DNA of 63,790 nt, counting the filler, from a bacterium (GTDB taxonomy: Bacteria > UBP18 > UBA7526), in assembly GCA_030615855.1 (NCBI GenBank). It is 6 parts of 6 records of this genome, joined end to end, with 100 filler letters (N's around TTAATTAATTAA, not from the genome) between each part and the next. Parts side by side here need not be neighbours in the genome. Positions count along the whole stretch, not along the records: positions 16,608 to 29,065 come from JAUWYL010000029.1; 5 more parts are not named here. One strand, given 5' to 3'. Every line of letters starts with the position of its first letter. Position 1 is the stretch's first letter. Of the stretch, positions 19,552-29,165 are shown in pieces. The position numbers were made by a program, and so were the translations under genes. The notes beneath the pieces were generated by a model that did not search any database, was not told where the DNA came from, and saw nothing but the letters and a program-made list of their open reading frames with translations.

Positions 19552-19758
19552 ATGGCTAAGAAGAAAGAGAAGAAAGGGAGGAAAAAGATTAAGAAGGAAA
19601 AGAAGGTAAAGCAAGTCTTTACTATCACTATGGAGAGCAGTGACCCCTATGTGGGCACCATCCAAGAGAATGTTAAGGGTAAGAAAGCGCGCTTTACCAG
19701 TGCCGGAGCCCAGATAAATTTTGTGGCCAAGAACATCATTGCTCCCGAAAAGGAATAA
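19552..19758 (+). CDS. Small basic hypothetical protein
   Basis: AGGAGG RBS; Lys-rich N-terminus. Confidence 0.6.
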   Translation: MAKKKEKKGRKKIKKEKKVKQVFTITMESSDPYVGTIQENVKGKKARFTSAGAQINFVAKNIIAPEKE

Positions 19759-19759
19759 T

Positions 19760-19900
19760 ATGAACGAGAGACTTTTTTTGGCTTTAAAGGGGACCATCCG
19801 GGATTTTGTTAAGACCACGCGGGACGATGGTTGGGAGGAAAGAGAGATAAAGAAGGTCATCCGCCATATGACCCGGGATACTCTTAAGGAGTATAAATAG
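19760..19900 (+). CDS. 46-aa hypothetical protein (below ORF-track cutoff)
   Basis: MNERLFLALKGTIRDFVKTTRDDGWEEREIKKVIRHMTRDTLKEYK; fills the gap exactly, AAGGA upstream. Confidence 0.55.
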   Translation: MNERLFLALKGTIRDFVKTTRDDGWEEREIKKVIRHMTRDTLKEYK

Positions 19901-19912
19901 AAAAGGTAAGTT

Positions 19913-20911
19913 ATGAAGATAACCTTCTTTGAGTGCAAAGATTATGAAAAGAAGAGATACTGTGCCGAACTAAAGGAGCATACGATAAACTGCACCAGTT
20001 CTATTTTAACCGCTCAAACTTTAAAGGATTACCGGGATTCAGAAGTCATCTCTGTCTTCATTCGTTCCACATTAGATAAAAAGAACCTTGCTCAATTCGC
20101 TAACTTACGTCTTATTGTTACCCGCTCTACTGGCTTTGACCATATCGATTTAGAGGAATGCCAGAAAAGAAAGGTTGCGGTTACTAACGTTCCTTTCTAT
20201 GGGGAAAATACGGTTGCCGAGCATGCCTTTGCTCTCATTCTATCTCTTTCCCGCAATATCCATAAATCCTATGTACGAACCCTAAAGGATGATTTTACCA
20301 TTGAGGATTTACAGGGTTTTGACTTAAAAGGAAAGATTTTAGGAGTAATAGGGACGGGACATATCGGTTCTCATGTGATTAAGATGGCCAAGGGATTTGG
20401 AATGGAGGTTTTGGCCTATGACAAATATCCTGATTCCCTTCGGGCTGATGTTCTACAGTTTAAATATGTTCCCTTAGAAGAATTACTAAAGGAATCGGAT
20501 ATTGTTACCATTCATATGACTCTTACTCCCGAAACCCGGCATTTCATAAATGAAGAGAGTCTACGCCAGATGAAGAAGGGGGCCATTCTGGTCAATACTG
20601 CCCGAGGAGATATTGTAGATACCGATGCCTTATACAAGGCCTTGAAAGATAAACACTTAGGAGGAGCAGGATTGGATGTGATTGAAGGAGAAGAACTTAT
20701 TAAAGAAGAGCATGAGTTACTCTATAAAACGGGAAATCCTGAGAAATTAAGAACTCTCTTCCAGGATAAGGCTATCTTCAAGATGGATAACGTGGTTTTT
20801 ACTCCCCATAATGCCTTTAACAGTAGGGAAGCGGTTAATAGGATTATGGATACTACTATTGAAAATATTCTTTCTTTCTGTAAGGGAAAAATTATTAACC
20901 AGATTAAATGA
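19913..20911 (+). CDS. D-isomer-specific 2-hydroxyacid (D-lactate-like) dehydrogenase
   Basis: TRSTGFDHID, GVIGTGHIG, VNTARG, TPHNAF. Confidence 0.93.
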   Translation: MKITFFECKDYEKKRYCAELKEHTINCTSSILTAQTLKDYRDSEVISVFIRSTLDKKNLAQFANLRLIVTRSTGFDHIDLEECQKRKVAVTNVPFYGENTVAEHAFALILSLSRNIHKSYVRTLKDDFTIEDLQGFDLKGKILGVIGTGHIGSHVIKMAKGFGMEVLAYDKYPDSLRADVLQFKYVPLEELLKESDIVTIHMTLTPETRHFINEESLRQMKKGAILVNTARGDIVDTDALYKALKDKHLGGAGLDVIEGEELIKEEHELLYKTGNPEKLRTLFQDKAIFKMDNVVFTPHNAFNSREAVNRIMDTTIENILSFCKGKIINQIK

Positions 20912-21040
20912 ACCAGTGCCTTGTTATTTTCGGCTCCAAGAATGATTTTGGGAAATAACGGCGCGCTTCGCTCTCCGCCGTCTTTCACTTATTGAAATTC
21001 CGATACCTTAAAATAACGTTTGATAGATGAGAAAAGACAT

Positions 21041-21064
21041 TCCCGCATTCCCGGGAATGCGGGA
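21041..21064. repeat. Perfect 24-bp palindrome (REP-like)
   Basis: TCCCGCATTCCCGGGAATGCGGGA is its own reverse complement. Confidence 0.8.
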
Positions 21065-21201
21065 CTGAAGAAAATAATAGAAATAGTGAGAAGTAAAAAG
21101 AAGAAGTAAGTATTAGATGAAGCGAAAAAGATAGATTGAAATTTGGCCTTTTTGAACCTAAAAAAATTAAGTGAATTGGCTTCAAAGAAAAAAGGGGGGT
21201 T

Positions 21202-22329
21202 GTGATGTTTTGGAAAATAATGAAACCAGCTGCAGCTATAACCATTTTAGCTTTAGCTATTCTCTTTTCTGTGACCGCTTATAGCAGTGAGAAAATGATG
21301 AAAGAAAGTAATGTAGATGGAAATATGAATAAAATGTTAAACGAAATTAAAAAAACTGTAGTTTTTCTTGGTGAAATTAATGGGGCCGTTACAAAATTAG
21401 TATTTTTAAAAATAAAAGACTTAGATGAGTCGAAGTCTGAAGAAGTTTTTAATGAATTAATAGAAAAGGGGTATTTAGATGTAGATGGCAAGATACTGCA
21501 TAAATTTTGGCCACATAAAAACGAATTTACATTAAGACTCAGTAAAAAATTTGCTAAATATGAAAAGGAAATAATTGATATTTTAACACAAGAAGTAAGG
21601 CTCCGATTTTACGCAACTGGGTTTTTAGTTAGTATTCAAAATGTTTATCATCTGCTCACCGCAAAACATGTAGTTGCAAGTATGAAAACTGGAAAGTTGC
21701 AGGATGAAGGAATGCTCGTATTCTTTAACTCGAAAGATGGAAGGATTGGTCTGCGTTCTATAGAAAGTGTAAAGAAAAATTACGGAGTGAATTGGATTTT
21801 TCATAAGAATGTAGAAGTAGATGTTGCTATAATTCCATTTGGATTAGACTCCCAAAAAGATGATGTAAAAGTAATTCGTAATAAGTGGTTTCTTCTTTCC
21901 GATAGAATATTTGAACTTTACGATGTTTTCTTTTTATCTTATCAGCCAGGCATTGAACCTCAAAGAAAAATTTCCCCAGTTATCAGAGCTGGAATAATAA
22001 GCATAATCAATGATGACAAATCATTCTATATAGATGCTTCTGCTTTTCCAGGGAATAGTGGCAGTCCTGTATTTCTCAAACCTTCTCCTATAAGATTTGA
22101 TAAAAATAGAATCTCTCTCGGAAAGGATCCATTAGGCGGTAAATTCGTAGGAATTATCGGCGAATATATTCCATATCAAGAAATAGCTATAAGTACTCAA
22201 ACTGGTCGTCCGCGTGTAATATTTGAAGAAAATACAGGGCTTTCGAAAGTGTGGTCTGTAGAGTTCATTAAGGAAATTCTTGACTCAGATGTATTTAAAG
22301 AACAGATTGATAAAATACCAAGGAAATAA
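21202..22329 (+). CDS. Secreted trypsin-like serine peptidase
   Basis: ATGFLV, LTAKHV (His), VDVAII (Asp), PGNSGSPVF (Ser); signal-like N-terminus; AT-rich. Confidence 0.85.
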   Translation: MMFWKIMKPAAAITILALAILFSVTAYSSEKMMKESNVDGNMNKMLNEIKKTVVFLGEINGAVTKLVFLKIKDLDESKSEEVFNELIEKGYLDVDGKILHKFWPHKNEFTLRLSKKFAKYEKEIIDILTQEVRLRFYATGFLVSIQNVYHLLTAKHVVASMKTGKLQDEGMLVFFNSKDGRIGLRSIESVKKNYGVNWIFHKNVEVDVAIIPFGLDSQKDDVKVIRNKWFLLSDRIFELYDVFFLSYQPGIEPQRKISPVIRAGIISIINDDKSFYIDASAFPGNSGSPVFLKPSPIRFDKNRISLGKDPLGGKFVGIIGEYIPYQEIAISTQTGRPRVIFEENTGLSKVWSVEFIKEILDSDVFKEQIDKIPRK

Positions 22330-22465
22330 AAGTCGCCCCTTTACCTATCAACAACTCCTATGAAGATCGTACAACACGGGCTTTGTGGCTTACTTCGTTT
22401 ATTTGAATGCTTCGTACTTTGCAAACACGCAAAACATTGATTAAATCGTGTAAGGAAAAATTTCT

Positions 22466-22870
22466 ATGGAATATCCAGTCAAATATGTAGAATCTTTTCG
22501 GGGAAGTATTGGTTTATTCGGCAAAGGTCTAGTTTGTCTGGAAGAGAATGTAGTATATTTTCAAGGAAGAAAACATTGGCTCGGTATAGTAAGGATAGGG
22601 ATATTCTTAGTTATAACAGTATTACTTGGATCTTTTATGGGTATTGGTTTTTTAATAGCTGTGCTAATATTTCACTATGCATGTGCCTCATCAGTTAATC
22701 TTAAAATTCCATATTCAAATCTTTCCGATGTAGATCGGTTGAATAGTAAGATACAAGTAAAAGTTCGGTTGAATAATAAAGTAAAGAATCTTATTTTTAT
22801 ATGCAAACAAAATGCTAGTGAGATCGAAGGGCAATTAAAGGAAAGAATTACTGATGGAACAAACTTTTAA
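22466..22870 (+). CDS. Hypothetical membrane protein (AT-rich)
   Basis: two hydrophobic segments; AAGGA RBS. Confidence 0.6.
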   Translation: MEYPVKYVESFRGSIGLFGKGLVCLEENVVYFQGRKHWLGIVRIGIFLVITVLLGSFMGIGFLIAVLIFHYACASSVNLKIPYSNLSDVDRLNSKIQVKVRLNNKVKNLIFICKQNASEIEGQLKERITDGTNF

Positions 22871-23165
22871 TCCATTAAATTGGTTAGCAATTATGCTTAT
22901 TGCTCATACTGTAGGAATTTTTGCTGCGTTTTATGTATACGATGATGGTAGAAAAAGATATGCTAGTAAATTTTGGGTTATTGGTTGGGCAATAGGTGTT
23001 TATCTTGCATTTATTATTGTTTTTTGGTTTTATCTACTTTCAAGACCACCAGTTACTTTTTTTGATGCTCCAGAATTATCAGGAGGAAAAAAACTTTTAA
23101 TTTATTTTGTTTCTTTTCCGTTGGGGATGGGGTTGATCGCATTTTTATCTTTAATTTTTGCATGA
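22854..23165 (+). CDS. Hypothetical membrane protein (AT-rich)
   Basis: three hydrophobic segments, VYDDGRKR...FWFYLLSRP pattern. Confidence 0.6.
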   Translation: MEQTFNPLNWLAIMLIAHTVGIFAAFYVYDDGRKRYASKFWVIGWAIGVYLAFIIVFWFYLLSRPPVTFFDAPELSGGKKLLIYFVSFPLGMGLIAFLSLIFA

Positions 23166-23320
23166 CTCGATAGAACCGTCAAACTGTCTCACTTGGTGTT
23201 AAGGAAATATGGTTTACGGTTACGGTTTACGGTGTACGGTAAAGACCGTAAACGGTAAACAGTCCCGATAGATGTCGGGACGGGTAAACCGTAAACGATT
23301 ACTGAGACTCAGGAGGTATC

Positions 23321-23791
23321 ATGTCTAAAGTTTTAATGATTGATGCCGAAAAGTGTAGCGGATGTCGCTTGTGTGAACTGGCCTGTGCCTTTAATAAGGA
23401 GAAGAGGATTATTCCCATTCTGGGAAGGGTAAACGTCTTCCAGAACTATGAACAGGGCTTAAGCGTCCCGGTGGTCTGCACCCAGTGCGAGGAGGCGCCC
23501 TGCATCAGGGTCTGTCCCACAGAGGCCCTTTATCGCGACCCGGAGACGAATGCTGTCAAGGTGAAAGAGGAGAAGTGTATTGGATGTAAGATGTGCACCC
23601 AGGCCTGTCCCTATGGAGCGGTGGTCTTTATCCCTGAGAAGAAGGTGGTCATTAAGTGCGACCTCTGTGACGGAGACCCGGTCTGCGTCAAGTTCTGCCC
23701 CACCGGCGCTATCAAATACGAAGAGCCAGTGAAAGCCACCCTTTCCAAGAGGAGGGAGCAGGCGGAGAAGGTGTGGGAGACCCTTACCTAG
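23321..23791 (+). CDS. 4Fe-4S dicluster protein (AOR small/electron-transfer subunit)
   Basis: CSGCRLCELAC, CTQCEEAPCIRVCP, CIGCKMCTQACP, CDLCDGDPVCVKFCP. Confidence 0.95.
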   Translation: MSKVLMIDAEKCSGCRLCELACAFNKEKRIIPILGRVNVFQNYEQGLSVPVVCTQCEEAPCIRVCPTEALYRDPETNAVKVKEEKCIGCKMCTQACPYGAVVFIPEKKVVIKCDLCDGDPVCVKFCPTGAIKYEEPVKATLSKRREQAEKVWETLT

Positions 23792-23917
23792 TTTACGGTA
23801 AACGGTTAGGGTAACGAAGCCCGTATCGTTTAAGGGTTACGGTTACGTAACCGAAAAACGTGACCGAAACGGGCATCGTAACCGATAAACGATTAACGAA
23901 TTATTCAAGGAGGTTTT

Positions 23918-24397
23918 ATGAGTAAGATACTTGTGGTGGATATTGAGAAGTGTTCCGGATGTCGAATATGTGAGTTGGCCTGTTCTTGGTATCATGAAGA
24001 GGAGTTCAATCCCGCCAAAGCCCGGCTGTCTATCGTGAGTTGGAAGAAGGCGGCCATCCACTATCCCATGATCTGCGAGCAGTGCGAGAAGGCCCCCTGC
24101 GCCGAGGTCTGTCCTACAGATGCTATTTACAAGGATGAGGAGAGTGGATCTTGGAAGGTGGATGAAGCCAAGTGCATTGGGTGTAAATTCTGTATCCAGG
24201 TCTGTCCTTTGGGTGCCATCTCTTTCTTTGAGGAGAAAAGGGGAGCAATAAAGTGTGATCTCTGTGATGGAGACCCCCAGTGCGTCAAGTTCTGTCCCAT
24301 GGAGGCCATTGAGTTCGTGGAAGAGGATAAGGTAGGCTTGAAGAAGAAACGCATCTCAGCCGAGAAACTCTTTGCCACCATGCAGGAGGTAAAATAG
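23918..24397 (+). CDS. Second 4Fe-4S dicluster protein (paralog)
   Basis: same four Cys groups. Confidence 0.95.
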   Translation: MSKILVVDIEKCSGCRICELACSWYHEEEFNPAKARLSIVSWKKAAIHYPMICEQCEKAPCAEVCPTDAIYKDEESGSWKVDEAKCIGCKFCIQVCPLGAISFFEEKRGAIKCDLCDGDPQCVKFCPMEAIEFVEEDKVGLKKKRISAEKLFATMQEVK

Positions 24398-25882
24398 ATG
24401 TTTCAAAGGAAAGCATTGGGCTTTAGTCTAAGTTTATTATTGCTGATTTCGGCAGTAAGCAAGGCTGAAGAGAGAAGACCGAATTCTATAGATGATTTGG
24501 TTAAGGCATTGAAAAGTAAGGATAGCAAAATCCGAATAGCTGCAATCGAAAAATTAGGAAAGTCCAATGATAAAAGAGCTATAGAGCCCTTGATTGAGGT
24601 TTTGAAGAAGGACGAAAATGATAGAGTGAGAGCAGAGTCTGTTGAAGCATTGGGTTTTTTGGGAGATAAAAGGGCAGTGGAACCATTAATTTATGCATTA
24701 AAGTATGACGATTCCAGGAGCGTTCATTGGGAAGTTGCCAGAGCTTTTGAGACAATAAGAGCTAAAGAAGCCTATCAACCATTAATAGAAGAATTTAACA
24801 ATGCCATTACAAGGCAGTGGAGAGATAGCGCTCATCATGTTGCATCAGCAATTGGTAATACTAGAGACCCAAGAGCGTATGACTTTTTAACAAAAGAGAT
24901 ATTGGATAAAAAGACTTACCATCCTTTTATTAGGAGTGGGGCAGCAGTAGGCTTGGGAAAATTAGGTGATAAAAGGGCGGTAGAAATACTCATTGGAATG
25001 TTAGAAGAGCATGACCCAGCGGCATATGGTGCTGCTGATGGATTGGGACTATTGAAGGATAAAAGAGCAGTAAAGCCTTTAATTGATGCCTTAGATAAAG
25101 AAGCCGAGCACAGAAGCCATATAGCAGAAGCTTTGGGCGAAATAGGGGATAAAAGGGCAGTGGAACCACTCATTAATCTATTGAGGGATAGTCGCTCCTA
25201 TACCCGTGACAAAGCAGTTGAAGCCCTGGGTAAGATAGGCGATAAAAGAGCGATTGAGCCATTAAAATATGTTGCCAAGATCGATAGAAATTCTCATACC
25301 CGCTCTAATGCCCGGGAGGCTCTTGGTATATTGATACCTGAGGAAATGAAAAGAAGAGGCTATACCTTTGATTTTCTTAAATCGACCTTGACAGCTGATA
25401 ATCTTCCCTATATTGTTTTTGCTTTGAAAAGTAAGAGTAAATATGTTCGTAAATTAGCAGCGTTCGATTTAGGAGAGTTGAGAGATAAGAGAGCAATAGA
25501 TTATCTTAAGGAAGCTTTGAAGAATGAGAAAGAAGAAGAGGTTAAAAAAGAAATTACAAGAGCTTTAAGTAAAATTGAAACTGGCATAAAAGGCTTATTA
25601 GCTGAGTTAACATCAGGCAAGACTGAAGAGGAGAGGATTAACGCTGCTATATCCTTAGGTTATTCTGATGATAAACGAGCAGTATCCTATTTGATTAAAG
25701 GATTGGAAGACAAGAATGCTCGAGTTCGGAGATATGTGATTAATTCTCTTGGAAGATTAGGAAGCAAAGAGGCCATTAAGCCTTTAACTGATTTACTTCA
25801 TAGAGAGGATTCGGAATTAAATAAACAGATAATAGAATACGCATTGAAAGCATTACGAGAAGGGAGCCCTTTTTTATTTTAG
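24398..25882 (+). CDS. Secreted HEAT/PBS-lyase repeat protein
   Basis: signal peptide; many ALG.IGDKRAVEPLI..L repeats. Confidence 0.9.
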   Translation: MFQRKALGFSLSLLLLISAVSKAEERRPNSIDDLVKALKSKDSKIRIAAIEKLGKSNDKRAIEPLIEVLKKDENDRVRAESVEALGFLGDKRAVEPLIYALKYDDSRSVHWEVARAFETIRAKEAYQPLIEEFNNAITRQWRDSAHHVASAIGNTRDPRAYDFLTKEILDKKTYHPFIRSGAAVGLGKLGDKRAVEILIGMLEEHDPAAYGAADGLGLLKDKRAVKPLIDALDKEAEHRSHIAEALGEIGDKRAVEPLINLLRDSRSYTRDKAVEALGKIGDKRAIEPLKYVAKIDRNSHTRSNAREALGILIPEEMKRRGYTFDFLKSTLTADNLPYIVFALKSKSKYVRKLAAFDLGELRDKRAIDYLKEALKNEKEEEVKKEITRALSKIETGIKGLLAELTSGKTEEERINAAISLGYSDDKRAVSYLIKGLEDKNARVRRYVINSLGRLGSKEAIKPLTDLLHREDSELNKQIIEYALKALREGSPFLF

Positions 25883-25893
25883 GAGGTTTTGTT

Positions 25894-27870
25894 ATGAATG
25901 ATGGTTATGCTGGTAGATATCTGAGGGTTGATTTGCCGAGAGAGAAGTTCACTGTCCTGCCTACGCCCGAAGAATGGAAGAGGAAGTATCTGGGTGGAGT
26001 AGGAATGGGTGCCCGCATTATGTGGGACGAGGTGCCTCCAGAGGTCAAGCCCCTATCCCCCCAGAATAGGATCATTTTTGCTACTGGTCCCGTGAATGGA
26101 ACCCTATTTCCTCCTTCGGGAAGATATGAGGTCATCTCCAGGTCTCCCTTGACCGGCTGGTGGGCCCACGCTTCTGCTGGTGGATTCTTCGGCCCGGAGA
26201 TGAAGTATGCCGGATATGATCTCATTATTATCCAGGGGAAAGCGAAGAAACCTGTCTATTTACATATCGATAATGACTTAATTGAATTGAAGGATGCTAA
26301 GCATCTGTGGGGGAAGAACGTCATAGAGACTACTGACCAGATCATAAAGGAACTTAAAGATCCCGATGTCAAGGTGGCCTGTATTGGGCAGGCGGGTGAG
26401 AACTTGGTAAAGTATGCCTGCATTATGAGCGATTACTTCCGAGCCGCAGGGAGAACCGGATTGGGCGCTGTCTTAGGCTCTAAAAACTTAAAGGCCATTG
26501 CCATAAGGGGAACAAAGGGAATAAAGATCGCCAATAAGGAAAAGTTCAATAAATTATTGGAGGATGCCTTTAAGCGCCACTCACCAGAAGGAAGATACTG
26601 GGAGTATATTGAGAGTTTTCGCAAGTATGGAACATTCTCTTTGACTGATTGGGAGAATGCTATCGGAAGATTACCCACCAAGAACCACTGGACGGGCTAC
26701 TTTGAGAATGCTGAGGAGACCATCGGGATGGAGCCCATGAAAAAGAGGCATTATAAACGACATGCCTCCTGCTTCGGCTGCGGTATCCAGTGTAAGTATT
26801 CCTCTATCGTAAAGGAAGGGAAATATGCCGGAACAGAGTCCGAGGGCCCAGAGTATGAGACCGTAGAAGGCTTCACCTCTAACTTCTTATCTACTGATAC
26901 CAATGCCTTGATTCGGGCCAATTACCTCTGCAATATCTATGGTATGGATACCATCTCTGTTAGCCACTCTATCTCCTGGGCCTATGAGTGCTATGAACAT
27001 GGCCTCTTAACAAAGGATGATACCGATGGTAGGGAGCTAATCTGGGGTGAGGATGGGATGGATCATGTAATTGAATTATTGGAAGAGATTCCTTTTAGGA
27101 AAACCAAGTTCGCCAGTCTCCTGGCCGAAGGATCACAGGAGGCAGCGCGTAGAACAGGCAAAGGCTCTGAGGCCTATGCCATCCACGTCAATGGCTTAGA
27201 GGCCTCTGGTCAGGATGGAAGACCCCATAAGTCATTAGGTTTAACCTATGCCATCAATGTTCGGGGGGCGGACCATCTTACCTCCCTCTCCAGTCTGGAT
27301 GAGTTGGGTTATAAGGAAGAGATCAGAAGAAGGTATAAGAAGGAGACAGTCGATATCTTAGCCGAGAGATGGGATGAGAAATTAAAGGGATATCTGGTAG
27401 CGGATATGGAGGAGTTATATGCCCTCTGTGACTCTGCCCTACTCTGTAAGTATGGTGTTATGTGGCCCCCCATCTACTATCATCAGGACTTTGGGAAGAT
27501 TATCTCAACCATCACTGGCTTTACTGAGTATGAAAACCCGAAAGAACTGAATAAATTAGCCAAGAGAATCTGTCATCTCAGAAGATGCTTCAATGTCAGG
27601 CTTGGCTGGTCGAAAAAGAACGATGCTCTGCATCCCCGGTTTACTGAAGAGCCCATGCCTACCGGTCCGGCAAAGGGGCAGGTGGTTCATCTGGAGCCCA
27701 TGTTAAGGGAGTATTATCAGGCAAGAAAATATGATTGGAAGACCGGTTATCCCACCAAGAAGGAGTTGGAAGAGGTGGGATTGGAAGATGTGGCAAAGGA
27801 ACTAAAGAAAAGGAAGAAGTTAATTCCAGTATATCGAGGCAAGAAAGCCTTCCAGATCAGAAAGAAGTAA
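25894..27870 (+). CDS. AOR-family oxidoreductase large subunit
   Basis: GGFFGPEMKYAGYD, IGQAGENLV, AAGRTGLGAVLGSKNLK, CFGCGIQC, CNIYGMD, RGADH. Confidence 0.95.
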   Translation: MNDGYAGRYLRVDLPREKFTVLPTPEEWKRKYLGGVGMGARIMWDEVPPEVKPLSPQNRIIFATGPVNGTLFPPSGRYEVISRSPLTGWWAHASAGGFFGPEMKYAGYDLIIIQGKAKKPVYLHIDNDLIELKDAKHLWGKNVIETTDQIIKELKDPDVKVACIGQAGENLVKYACIMSDYFRAAGRTGLGAVLGSKNLKAIAIRGTKGIKIANKEKFNKLLEDAFKRHSPEGRYWEYIESFRKYGTFSLTDWENAIGRLPTKNHWTGYFENAEETIGMEPMKKRHYKRHASCFGCGIQCKYSSIVKEGKYAGTESEGPEYETVEGFTSNFLSTDTNALIRANYLCNIYGMDTISVSHSISWAYECYEHGLLTKDDTDGRELIWGEDGMDHVIELLEEIPFRKTKFASLLAEGSQEAARRTGKGSEAYAIHVNGLEASGQDGRPHKSLGLTYAINVRGADHLTSLSSLDELGYKEEIRRRYKKETVDILAERWDEKLKGYLVADMEELYALCDSALLCKYGVMWPPIYYHQDFGKIISTITGFTEYENPKELNKLAKRICHLRRCFNVRLGWSKKNDALHPRFTEEPMPTGPAKGQVVHLEPMLREYYQARKYDWKTGYPTKKELEEVGLEDVAKELKKRKKLIPVYRGKKAFQIRKK

Positions 27871-28146
27871 ACACGAATAAACGCGAACTGAATAGTAGAA
27901 GACGTAAGAAACATGACACGAATCAACACGAATTACGAGTAAATAAGAGAATAAGTTAATAAGTTGATACGAATTGCGAGTCACGGGTTACGAGTTAAGT
28001 GATTAAATCATAAAACCATACAACTATACAACCATCAAACCATAAAACTATTAAATTATTCAACTATCTAGCCGAACTCTGCATTCAATTATCTGTGCTC
28101 ATCTGTAATAAATCTGTGTAAATCTGTGTGCGAACGAAGTGAGCAA

Positions 28147-28599
28147 ATGAGAAAGATTAATCAAATTATAGATAGGTATAAGAAGGAAAAAGGAGCCTTG
28201 GTACCTCTTCTTCAGGATGTAATGGGGGAGTATGGTTATCTTCCGGGAGAGACCCTAAAGAAGATTGCTCAGGAGTTAGATACCCCTCTCTCCCGGGTTT
28301 ATGGCCTGGCCACCTTCTATAAATCCTTTAGCCTCACTCCCCGGGGAAAGCATCTGGTAAGTGTCTGTCTGGGAACCGCCTGTCATGTGAGAGGGGCTCC
28401 CCGGATTGTGGAGAAATTAGAAAGGGATTTGGGAATAAAAGCAGGAGAAACGACCAGGGACTTGAAGTTTACCTTAGAGACAGTCAATTGCCTGGGGGCC
28501 TGTGCTTTAGGACCCTTGATAACCATCGATGGAAAATACTATGGCCGGATGAACTCTGCCAAAATGGATAAAGTATTGAAAGAGTATCTCAAAAGATAG
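28147..28599 (+). CDS. NuoE/HydC-like [2Fe-2S] subunit
   Basis: VYGLATFYKSFSL, VCLGTACHVRG, VNCLGACALGP. Confidence 0.92.
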   Translation: MRKINQIIDRYKKEKGALVPLLQDVMGEYGYLPGETLKKIAQELDTPLSRVYGLATFYKSFSLTPRGKHLVSVCLGTACHVRGAPRIVEKLERDLGIKAGETTRDLKFTLETVNCLGACALGPLITIDGKYYGRMNSAKMDKVLKEYLKR

Positions 28600-28727
28600 G
28601 GAGTTTAAAAGGATTCAAACGGATGATAACGGATGCAAACGGATAAACTATCGCAAAAAGGTCCGTCTGCATCTGTTTAAATCTGTCTGAATCTGCGTCT
28701 TGCCGAACGGAGTGAGGCTTATTTAGA

Positions 28728-29065
28728 ATGAAATTAACGAGACCATCTGATTTACAGAAAGCGAGAAAGATGATTCGTTCTCGCTACGATCCAAAGAAGA
28801 CCTGTGTTACTGTCTGCTGTGGGACAGGATGTATTGCCTCTGGTGCCCAGGGTGTGGCTGAGGCCTTTAGAAAAGATATCGATAAAAGAGGCCTGAGACC
28901 CAGGGTGAATCTCAGGATAACCGGATGCCATGGATTCTGCGAAAGGGGCCCATTGGTAGTCATCTATCCCAAGAAAATCTTTTATCAAAGAGTAAGAGTA
29001 GGGGATGTAAAGGAGATTATCTCTCAAACCATCCTTAAAGAAAAGATAATCGAACGCCTCCTCTA
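28728..29065 (+). CDS. NuoF/HydB-like subunit, N-terminal [2Fe-2S] domain (truncated)
   Basis: VCCGTGCIASGA, TGCHGFCERGPLVVIYP. Confidence 0.88.
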
Positions 29066-29165
29066 NNNNNNNNNNNNNNNNNNNNNNNNNNNNNNNNNNN
29101 NNNNNNNNNTTAATTAATTAANNNNNNNNNNNNNNNNNNNNNNNNNNNNNNNNNNNNNNNNNNNN

